From assembly GCA_964433325.1 (NCBI GenBank), contig CAYSPY010000005.1, positions 15,953 through 79,952 of the forward strand: a stretch of DNA of 64,000 nucleotides, read 5' to 3'. Positions 44,949 through 52,819 of this stretch are shown here, in pieces. How positions within the stretch are numbered: position 1 is the first letter of the stretch; each line of letters opens with the position of its first letter. This stretch comes from an uncultured Candidatus Peribacteria bacterium (GTDB lineage Bacteria > Patescibacteriota > Gracilibacteria > Peribacterales > Peribacteraceae). The translations under genes and the position numbers were made by a program. A model generated the notes under the pieces. The model was given only the letters and a program-made list of their open reading frames with translations, did not search any database and was not told where the DNA came from.

Positions 44949-45932
44949 TCACGAATGCACATCAGACTCAATTAGACGCAGTGCAGAAGAAAGACTAAGC
45001 CGCCCATGTTCAACCATGGAACAGAGTTGGGGCACATTTGCCTTTCCACTGTTAATCAGCTGTTGCAACTCATACATCTTATCTCCTTTACCCTGTGGGA
45101 CGATGTCTATTTCGATTCCAGAAGCAAGAGCTGCAAGTGCACCATGGAAACGCTGCGATAACACAATCGCACTCGTGCCGACTCCCTTTAATAACTCTCG
45201 GAGTGTTCTGGCGGGAATAATTGTTGCAGGGAGGCCAAGCTCACGCTGCAGACGATTAGCGATAGCCTGCTCACCCGCATCATCTGGCTGCATCAAGAGA
45301 ATTTGTAGATGATGGATATATGGACGCATGCGAAGCAGTGAAATTGCACTCTGCATAAAGGCATCAGAGGAATTTGCGCGTGGAATTAATGTGCATACAT
45401 TTTTTGTTCCATGAACGACTTTTTGCTTTTCCATAACGGAAAATACTGGGTCAAATGTTTGAATAATTTCTGTACTCAATCCCCAAGAAGCTACCCGCTC
45501 ATACGATGCAGTGTCTCGTACGGATATATACCGAGCGTGACGTGCAACAAAGCGTGCAAGACGCTCCCCTACCTTTGTTTTATATGGCCCCATCCCTTGG
45601 AATGCGAGAAAGACTGGCTTACGAAGAAAGAATGCAAGACCAGCGTGCCAAGCCCATAAAAAACAGGCTTTTACGGATTCTACATCAGTAAAAAGTGATC
45701 CACCGCCAAATACCACCGCATCACAGCCGCGGTACGCAGTGATCGTCTTACGCCATCCTCCTTGCCTCAATGAATGTAGGCCAAAGGGTAAGCGTGGCAA
45801 TTCATGCTGCGCTTTAGGAGATGCAGAAAGCACAGTCCAGGTAACTTCCGGGAAAGCATCCAAGAAATAATCGCGCAGAGCTTCGTCTCCTAAGTTATCG
45901 ACGCCGTAGTTCCCGATCAGCACACATTTCAT
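44949..45932 (-). CDS. Polysaccharide pyruvyl transferase family protein (CsaB-like)
   Basis: MKCVLIGNYGVDNLGDEALRDYFLDAF.., ..VVFGGGSLFTD.., ..SQRFHGALAA.. match the PS_pyruv_trans family to which CsaB belongs. Confidence 0.8.
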   Translation of the reverse strand: MKCVLIGNYGVDNLGDEALRDYFLDAFPEVTWTVLSASPKAQHELPRLPFGLHSLRQGGWRKTITAYRGCDAVVFGGGSLFTDVESVKACFLWAWHAGLAFFLRKPVFLAFQGMGPYKTKVGERLARFVARHARYISVRDTASYERVASWGLSTEIIQTFDPVFSVMEKQKVVHGTKNVCTLIPRANSSDAFMQSAISLLRMRPYIHHLQILLMQPDDAGEQAIANRLQRELGLPATIIPARTLRELLKGVGTSAIVLSQRFHGALAALASGIEIDIVPQGKGDKMYELQQLINSGKANVPQLCSMVEHGRLSLSSALRLIESDVHS

Positions 45933-45938
45933 AAGAGC

Positions 45939-45947
45939 ACTATAGCA
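45939..45947 (-). promoter_or_regulatory. Extended -10 element TGCTATAGT in front of the pyruvyl-transferase/ORFan operon
   Basis: Minus strand reads ..ATTGCTATAGTgctcttATG, so the -10 ends 6 nt before the ATG (leaderless layout). Confidence 0.4.
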
Positions 45948-46001
45948 ATAGGCCAGCAGAAAAATCGCTTACGTCCGTATCTATAAACGCTGTGTTGTAT
46001 G

Positions 46002-46535
46002 TTACTCAGCTGGCTTTTCCTCTGTTGGCGCTTCGGCCGTTGTTGCCTCTGCAACTGGAGCTTCGACAGTCTGAACCACTGCTGGAGCCTCTTCTACTGG
46101 AGCTTCGATGATCTGTGCCTCCTGCTCGGCTACCTGTGCCTCTGTAACAGGCTCTGCAACTGCAACCGCGAATTCACCTTCTGTCGTAAAGCGCTCGCTT
46201 AGGCGGGCAGATTTACCACTGCGCCCACGGAGGAAGAATAGTTTTGCGCGGCGAACGTTGGCAACCTTCTTCACTTCTACCTTTTCAATGGATGGGGAGT
46301 GCAAGGGGAAGACTTTCTCGACACCAATACCAGACACAACACGGCGAACCGTAAAGGATGCATCTGTTGGAACATGGCCGTTATGCACGGAAATAACCAA
46401 CCCTTCGAAAATTTGCACACGCTCTTTGCCACCTTCCTGGATTTTCTCGTGCACACGCACGGTATAGCCAGGTTTCACAGAAGGAACCGGGCGGGCAAAC
46501 GGGGCAGCCAATGCATGCAAAATGTGCTTGGTCAT
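46002..46535 (-). CDS. rplS: 50S ribosomal protein L19 with an acidic C-terminal extension of about 55 aa
   Basis: PGYTVRVHEKIQEGGKERVQIFEGLVISVHNG...FTVRRVVSGIGVEKVFPLHSPSIEKVEV..VRRAKLFFLR is a canonical L19. The tail is EGEFAVAVAEPVTEAQVAEQEAQIIEAPVEEAPAVV... Confidence 0.93.
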   Translation of the reverse strand: MTKHILHALAAPFARPVPSVKPGYTVRVHEKIQEGGKERVQIFEGLVISVHNGHVPTDASFTVRRVVSGIGVEKVFPLHSPSIEKVEVKKVANVRRAKLFFLRGRSGKSARLSERFTTEGEFAVAVAEPVTEAQVAEQEAQIIEAPVEEAPAVVQTVEAPVAEATTAEAPTEEKPAE

Positions 46536-46611
46536 AACGGAGTAGCGGCAGCCTACAGACGAGAGAACCTTCTGTAAAGGGGTTTCTAGTGTAAAGAATG
46601 GAGAGAACGAA

Positions 46612-46693
46612 GGTAATCGGTAATCGGTAATCGGAATGGCATGATAAATAGAGCTCGAGGGATCTTAAATCCCCGTTTACCGATTACCGATCC
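46612..46693. repeat. Long hairpin built from GGTAATC words
   Basis: GGTAATCGGTAATCGGTAATCGG (three tandem 7-mers) pairs with ..TTACCGATTACCGATCC at 46673-46693. There is an inner hairpin GGGATcttaaATCCC. It abuts the stop codon of the HTH regulator gene. Confidence 0.7.
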
Positions 46694-47284
46694 CTACTTC
46701 CCCTTTGCCTCATCAATCTTGTCCTGAATGGTATTAAGAACAATCAAATGGCGTGGATCATTGAGGATTTCCTGGACAAACCTGTCTTTAAGACTCAAGC
46801 GATAGAGGAAGTCTGCCTCCGAGAAAATCGAGTATTTTACGTATTTAAGGTTAGGATCCTGTGCCAAAAGTGCCTCCAGCACCTCTTTTTTCACATCACC
46901 AACAAGCAAAAGATCTACTTTGCTCTCGGTTCCACAGAGGTTTCCAGCCAAGAGGACCAATTCTACTCCATTAATAGCCTTTAAACTGGCTACGAATGGG
47001 CTTTCACCCTGTACAGCCTTGCTAAAGAGATTCCGTAAATCAGCGTAAAGCGGGAAATCGACATCAATACGGTAATACTTCTTGCGGTTCTTGTGGCGTG
47101 CCTTAACCAGTCCTACTCGGCGGAGGTTTTCGAGTTCGCGGCGGATGGAGTTGATTTGTTCGTTCAGCAGACGGGTAAGTTCACGAATGAAATATTCCTC
47201 CTCGGGGTGGAGAAGAAAAGTGGAAAGTAATTTGACCCGGGTCTGTGAGCTAAACAGAGCTTTAAGAACTGATGCGGATGACAT
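46694..47284 (-). CDS. Winged-helix (ArsR/MarR-like) transcriptional regulator with C-terminal domain
   Basis: ..LFSSQTRVKLLSTFLLHPEEEYFIRELTRLLNEQINSIRRELENLRRVGLVKARHKNRKKYYRI.. is a classical wHTH. It is divergent from the TrbL-like gene. Confidence 0.7.
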   Translation of the reverse strand: MSSASVLKALFSSQTRVKLLSTFLLHPEEEYFIRELTRLLNEQINSIRRELENLRRVGLVKARHKNRKKYYRIDVDFPLYADLRNLFSKAVQGESPFVASLKAINGVELVLLAGNLCGTESKVDLLLVGDVKKEVLEALLAQDPNLKYVKYSIFSEADFLYRLSLKDRFVQEILNDPRHLIVLNTIQDKIDEAKGK

Positions 47285-47345
47285 ATGTTCACAAACAGTA
47301 TTCAGGATTAATGCAATAGTGCAAGAAAAGTGAACAAACTTGAGT

Positions 47346-47438
47346 ACACAATTTATACTCTCGTTTTTTGGCTTAAAGTAAACAAATTAATAGGTTTAAA
47401 TCACTTACACTAAAATTTGTTGAACACAATTTATACTC
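47346..47438. promoter_or_regulatory. Two direct copies of a 15-mer ACACAATTTATACTC (candidate operator sites)
   Basis: Exact copies at 47346-47360 and 47424-47438, 78 bp apart. They sit in the AT-rich 254-bp gap between the divergent regulator and the membrane-protein gene. Confidence 0.5.
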
Positions 47439-47523
47439 GCATAAATTCCAGATTAGTGTTGTAACAATATTTTGAAGGTATGGGAATAGAGCCGAGTTCA
47501 GAATTGAGTAAAACGCCCAAAAA

Positions 47524-47532
47524 TGCTACAAT
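47524..47532 (+). promoter_or_regulatory. Extended -10 element TGCTACAAT
   Basis: Ends 6 nt before the ATG at 47539, which is ideal spacing for a leaderless mRNA. It is identical to the 9-mer at 19529-19537. Confidence 0.45.
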
Positions 47533-47538
47533 ATCTAG

Positions 47539-49302
47539 ATGTATTCACGCACGACCTCCTTCGTTCGATCAGCCCTCGGCACTGTCCTCTTGTTGGCTCC
47601 GATGGCAGCTCATGCCCAGGCAAATTTCAATGGAAATATTCAACAGACGTTCGGTCTCATCATTCAAACTGCGATTGAGACACTTAACCTTTTAACGTGG
47701 GTCGTGTTTATTTTCTTAAACCAACTCCTCGATCCATTGGTCATTTTCAACAATGGTGCAATGTCCCCCATGTTGAATGAGATTTGGCAGCTCTCACGAA
47801 ATATTATGAACGTCGCATTCGCCCTCGTATTGATTGGCGCTGCGATCTATACAGTGGTTACTGCAAAAAAAGACTTCGTGGCATCGAACATGAAAAAGTT
47901 CGTCATGGCCGTGGTGCTCGTCAACTTCTCGTGGTTTGTCCCAATGGTTATCTTGGACGTTGCGAACGTTGCAGCCACAACAGTGTTTAACCTCCCCTCT
48001 GTATTAGGACAAAATAACGTCTGTAAGTTTCGAACAGCAACGAAGCCACCAGGAACTGCAGCGGCTAACTGCCAGGCAGTCCCTGCTCCAAACCCTGTCC
48101 CCCCCGGGCATATTCCACAATTCGACTGTGACTGCATCATGGCAGTTGATGCAGCATTTTTCGTCTCACAAAATCAGCTAGGACAATTCCCCGCTGCTCA
48201 AGGCTGGGCATGTTACTTGGGACAAACAATGTGTGTGCATCTGCAGCCATTGAATGGTAATAACATTGCACCGCATTCCTACATTCTAAATGGATTAATT
48301 CTGAATCATGCACGCTTAGCTGGTGTTGCATCGTTGCCCCCTGCGGTGAATGGACCCGCCGTTTCTGCGCTCATCATGTACTTTTTGCAAATGGGAGTAC
48401 TCCTTGTTATCCATATCGCATTATTCTTCCCACTTGCAGCGATGGCACTCGCCTTTGCCATTCGCATTCCTGTGCTCTGGTTTACGATTGCCTTCATGCC
48501 GTTCTGGATTCTAACACTGCTACCACTTGGTAGTATTTTTGGCGATTACCCAAAGCAACTAGGTGACTATTTCTTAAAAGCAGCATTCCTCCCCGCCATT
48601 TGTGGCGTACCCCTCACGATCGGATTTATTATGATCAACGCAGGGCAGCAAGCCGCAACATTCGGCAATTTGCAGCAAATTGGATTCCGTCTTACGAATA
48701 ACATCAGCGATTTCTTTGAATTGCTCTGGCTGATTATGTGCTTGGGTATTTTCTATATGGGCACGTTCTCTGTGCTCAAGAAATACGGTGGCGTGATGGC
48801 AAAGGGTGCCGAAGCGATTGAAGGTGCTGGTAAGAGCTTGGGGTCAATGGCAATGCAAGCACCATTACATGCGATTCCAATGCCGATTCCAGGAGGAGGA
48901 AGTCTTCTGAACTTCATGAAAACTCATAGCCCTGCCGCCCTCCAAGCACAGTTCAATGCAGGCGTAGCAAACAATACGCCATTGTCACAAATGTTCTCAC
49001 CGCAGAATCAGCAGAATCAGCAAACATTACAAGCTACAGCTCAGGCTAATAAGAATAATGTCGCTCACATGACAACACTCGACACACATATACAAGCGTT
49101 GACGGCTGCCGTGACACAAGCCGACAAAGACAGGGCAATGCAAAACATAAGCACTCACATGGGCGGTGTGGCAATAAACGCCGGAAATGTGAAGACGCAG
49201 CTACAGGCATACACTCAGCAGCTCAATCTTGCGGGTGCAGGAACAGGTGCGGCTAAAACTGAATTTGGCAATTTGCAAGCAAGAGTAAACACTTTGCCGT
49301 AA
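47539..49302 (+). CDS. Signal-peptide polytopic membrane protein with TrbL/VirB6-like topology and a Gln/Asn/Ala-rich tail
   Basis: Signal peptide ..LLLAPMAAHAQA and about 7 hydrophobic helices. A loop of about 110 aa carries 7 Cys, and the C-terminal tail of about 170 aa is low-complexity or coiled coil. The family assignment rests on topology only. Confidence 0.8.
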   Translation: MYSRTTSFVRSALGTVLLLAPMAAHAQANFNGNIQQTFGLIIQTAIETLNLLTWVVFIFLNQLLDPLVIFNNGAMSPMLNEIWQLSRNIMNVAFALVLIGAAIYTVVTAKKDFVASNMKKFVMAVVLVNFSWFVPMVILDVANVAATTVFNLPSVLGQNNVCKFRTATKPPGTAAANCQAVPAPNPVPPGHIPQFDCDCIMAVDAAFFVSQNQLGQFPAAQGWACYLGQTMCVHLQPLNGNNIAPHSYILNGLILNHARLAGVASLPPAVNGPAVSALIMYFLQMGVLLVIHIALFFPLAAMALAFAIRIPVLWFTIAFMPFWILTLLPLGSIFGDYPKQLGDYFLKAAFLPAICGVPLTIGFIMINAGQQAATFGNLQQIGFRLTNNISDFFELLWLIMCLGIFYMGTFSVLKKYGGVMAKGAEAIEGAGKSLGSMAMQAPLHAIPMPIPGGGSLLNFMKTHSPAALQAQFNAGVANNTPLSQMFSPQNQQNQQTLQATAQANKNNVAHMTTLDTHIQALTAAVTQADKDRAMQNISTHMGGVAINAGNVKTQLQAYTQQLNLAGAGTGAAKTEFGNLQARVNTLP

Positions 49303-49310
49303 AACCTTAC

Positions 49311-50459
49311 ATGTCATCTTCTTCTCCAAAGCAGGCTTTCACCGTCTCCGGCTCACCCTTGGAGCAAGAACAGACGAATGCACGACAACAGCGAAGCAGG
49401 CTGGAGGCAAATTTATCGACAACTCCTATTAATCAGGCTCGTTTCTTAGGTACGCACCCTCAAAAGGCAGCAGAGATTGTCCGCCTACGTACCATGAGTG
49501 CCCCTCAGCGCATGCAAGAAGTACGCGACACTTATGCAGAATCTTTAAACGAATCGCTGCCTAGGCTACGAAGCGGTTTTGCAGAAGCAAACCGCAATGC
49601 GCAGAATGCAGACCCAAGTGATACACAAGAATCACCACTCGAGCATATTAACGCCATTGCTCAAGCAATCATTAAACCTCCAAAAGGTGCTGCACCCGCA
49701 GGTACACACCGATATTTGACGGAGTATGACCTAAACTACCGACAAATCGAGGCTGACCAAAGCTACCTTCGCACATTGGCTGGCACACGTAGTGACTTGC
49801 AGGCCGACCTTTTGCAGCTCGACCGTGCGCTGGGGGAATTGATGTATAAAGACCCCCGTTACGGTATTCGCCAACTGGAAAAGCGCCACGAGGAAGATAA
49901 TGTGGATGGAAAGATTTATAAAGCTCTACAGGGCGGTCTATTCGTTGCAGCAGCATTTGCAGCTGTGCTTGGGCTCGGCGTAGGCATTGCTCAACGAAAA
50001 CTAAGTGCCGCGACGCTTATGTATGCCGGTGTTGCTCTACTCGCCTACCCTGGCGTATGGGATCAGCTGTTTTCAGGAAAGGATAAGATCATGGTAAAAG
50101 AAATTAACGGATCACTGAATGACCCTCTCTTTAAATCAATCCGCAAGAAATACAACGTACAAGGGCGTGTATGGGCTAATTACGCACGAAACACCTTACA
50201 GGAACCATCTTCAACCAAGTCACTGATCTCAGCCCTCAAATCGAACAATCTACACTCCAAGGGGTCCCCCGAACTCGAACAGCAGATTAAAGAGTACGTA
50301 CAATCCATGGGTGGCAGCAAAGATGATAAAGCGAATATGCAACGCATGATTGACGACGAACAGTTCGTTGATTTCGCACAAATCCTTTTAACACTCCACA
50401 ACGAAGATGCGCAGGCGATTGCGTACGATTACATCAAGACAGGCGGTGGCACACTGTAA
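49311..50459 (+). CDS. ORFan protein (382 aa) with central bilobed hydrophobic segment
   Basis: Starts 8 nt after the previous gene. Helical N-terminal domain, then GLFVAAAFAAVLGLGVGIAQRKLSAATLMYAGVALLAYPGVW, then a helical C-terminal domain. Confidence 0.7.
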   Translation: MSSSSPKQAFTVSGSPLEQEQTNARQQRSRLEANLSTTPINQARFLGTHPQKAAEIVRLRTMSAPQRMQEVRDTYAESLNESLPRLRSGFAEANRNAQNADPSDTQESPLEHINAIAQAIIKPPKGAAPAGTHRYLTEYDLNYRQIEADQSYLRTLAGTRSDLQADLLQLDRALGELMYKDPRYGIRQLEKRHEEDNVDGKIYKALQGGLFVAAAFAAVLGLGVGIAQRKLSAATLMYAGVALLAYPGVWDQLFSGKDKIMVKEINGSLNDPLFKSIRKKYNVQGRVWANYARNTLQEPSSTKSLISALKSNNLHSKGSPELEQQIKEYVQSMGGSKDDKANMQRMIDDEQFVDFAQILLTLHNEDAQAIAYDYIKTGGGTL

Positions 50460-50460
50460 C

Positions 50461-52683
50461 TTAGGCCTCCTTCTTCTTAAACTCTTTGTGATACGCCTCT
50501 AGGATATCGCCGACTTCAAGGGAAATAGTACTATCGACGCGCATACCACATTCGGTATCGGCCTTGGCTTCTTTGATATCATTATCCACTTTGCGCAGGC
50601 TAAGGATACGGCCCGTCCCCACTACTTCACGCTCTTCACCACGCAGCAAGCGGAAGGGCACGCGCTTAATAACACCATCAGTCACACGACCACCAATAAT
50701 CTGCTCACTCTTTTGCTTAAGGAATACGCCCTTTACTTCCAGGTGTCCCAGTACTTTTTCTTCTTCTTCGGGGATAAGGAGACCTTCAAGTAATCCTGTT
50801 ACATCATCGAGTAGGGTGTAGATCACATCATATTTGCGCACATCAACCCCTTCACGCTCAGCAGTGCGCTCAACTGCAGCGGGGACTTGCGACCGGAAGG
50901 CCATCACGAATGCCGAGCTTGCCGATGCCATCATCACATCACTTTCTGAAACTGCACCGATAGCGGAGTGAATCACCTTTACTTGTACTTTTTCTGTTTC
51001 CTGACGCGAAAGAGAGAACTGCAATGCTTCGAGAGACCCTTGCGTATCAGCCTTCAGGACAATCTTTAGCTGCTGAAGCTTTCCTTCGTGGAGCATGCTT
51101 ACAAGATCACCAAGGCCACGCTTAGGCTGTGCACTCGCTTGTTCTAGAATTTGCTTAAGAAGATCACGTGCTTCGCGCTCGGATGCCACTACCTGCAGCA
51201 GATCACCCACCTGTGGCACTCCACCAAACCCGGATACTCGAACAGCACCAGAAGGAAGGACTGCGTCGAGACGTTTGCCAGATGCATCATTCATTGAACG
51301 CACTTTCCCCACTGTGTGCCCACAAATAAACGCATCCCCTGCTTTGAGCGTACCCGTTGCAACAATAATGCTGGCGAGAGCTCCAAGGGATGGGTCTAAG
51401 TGACTTTCAATCACTGTCCCAACCGCGCTGCGGTTTGGGTTGGCCTTCAATTCAGTAATTTCTGCAATCAAGAGAATCTGGTCCAAAAGCTCTGGAATCC
51501 CCTGCTTTGTGACTGCTGAAGTTGCAATAAACGGTACGGAGCCACCCCAGTCTTCGGGCTGCAGTCCAAGAGCTGCCATCTCTCCTTTCACCTTTTCGAT
51601 ATTGGCATTTGGGCGATCAACCTTATTCAGAGCAACAATAATAGGAACACCTGCTTCTTTTGCATGGTTCACCGCCTCTACCGTTGTTTCCTTAGGACCT
51701 TCTTCTGCAGACACAACAATAATGACAATGTCTGTCACCTGCGCCCCACGTGCACGCATAGCCGTAAATGCTTCGTGACCAGGGGTGTCCAGGAACGTGA
51801 TCTGCTTGCCAGAATGTGTTACCTGATACGCACCAATGTGCTGTGTAATACCACCGGATTCGCGCGATACAACATCGGTCTTACGAATCGTATCAAGAAT
51901 AGAAGTTTTTCCATGGTCGACGTGTCCCATCACAATAACGATTGGTGGGCGAACAGAAAGGTTCTCCGCATCGTCCTTTACCATTTCTGCGAGGTTTCGG
52001 CTGATGAGATGTTCGGCCTTTGCGGCTTCCTGCTCACGCTCCACACCTACTCCAAGCTCTGCGGCAATAATCGCCGCTGTGTCGTAGTCAATCGACTGTG
52101 TGATAGTAACAAGAATACCGTTCTTCATGAGCGTCTGAATAACCTGCGGCACTTGCACACCAGTCTTCTCAGCAAATTCTTTAACGGTAATAGTTGATGG
52201 CAATGCCACTGTGCCAGACTTCTTTTTGATCTGCTGTTGTTCGCGTGGCTCGGCCTTGCGTTTCGCTGCAAGGTGAGCAGCATCCTGCTGCTCCTTCAAC
52301 TTCTCCTCTTTTTCTTCTTTTGTGAGCTCTTGAATTTGGCGCTGCACAGCAGCTTTTGGCACATCATCAAGCGTGAGCTTACGAAGCACATTCAACGTAT
52401 CGGGAACCTTCGGCTCTGCAGGTGATGCAACCTGCTTTTCTGCAGCCTCCCCGTTTTCCCCCTCTTCATCGCCACCTTCCATATCATCCATCAGCAAGCC
52501 CTGAATGGCTGTCATGTCGATCGTCAGATTGTGCTTACGCGCAACGAAACGAATGACACCCTGCGCCAAATTATCGGGAATTTCACGGTCTGTTGGCTTG
52601 ATGCCGAAGTCGACCTCAGTCAACTCCTTACGAAGTTGCTGCCCAGTCATACCCAATGCTTTTGCGACCTGCACGAGGCGCAT
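50461..52683 (-). CDS. infB: Translation initiation factor IF-2
   Basis: MGHVDHGKTSILD, DTPGHEAF and NKVD G-domain motifs with collinear IF-2 C-terminal domains. 740 aa. Confidence 0.95.
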   Translation of the reverse strand: MRLVQVAKALGMTGQQLRKELTEVDFGIKPTDREIPDNLAQGVIRFVARKHNLTIDMTAIQGLLMDDMEGGDEEGENGEAAEKQVASPAEPKVPDTLNVLRKLTLDDVPKAAVQRQIQELTKEEKEEKLKEQQDAAHLAAKRKAEPREQQQIKKKSGTVALPSTITVKEFAEKTGVQVPQVIQTLMKNGILVTITQSIDYDTAAIIAAELGVGVEREQEAAKAEHLISRNLAEMVKDDAENLSVRPPIVIVMGHVDHGKTSILDTIRKTDVVSRESGGITQHIGAYQVTHSGKQITFLDTPGHEAFTAMRARGAQVTDIVIIVVSAEEGPKETTVEAVNHAKEAGVPIIVALNKVDRPNANIEKVKGEMAALGLQPEDWGGSVPFIATSAVTKQGIPELLDQILLIAEITELKANPNRSAVGTVIESHLDPSLGALASIIVATGTLKAGDAFICGHTVGKVRSMNDASGKRLDAVLPSGAVRVSGFGGVPQVGDLLQVVASEREARDLLKQILEQASAQPKRGLGDLVSMLHEGKLQQLKIVLKADTQGSLEALQFSLSRQETEKVQVKVIHSAIGAVSESDVMMASASSAFVMAFRSQVPAAVERTAEREGVDVRKYDVIYTLLDDVTGLLEGLLIPEEEEKVLGHLEVKGVFLKQKSEQIIGGRVTDGVIKRVPFRLLRGEEREVVGTGRILSLRKVDNDIKEAKADTECGMRVDSTISLEVGDILEAYHKEFKKKEA

Positions 52684-52819
52684 AGATACGTGAAAAGATG
52701 ATAAGCACCAGAACTATAGCATAATAAATGACTGATTGTCATCATTACGGCAATCTAGCTAGTCAGCTTCTCAACTTCTTAGCTTCCTAGCCAGCTAACT
52801 AGCTTACTAGCTGACCAGC

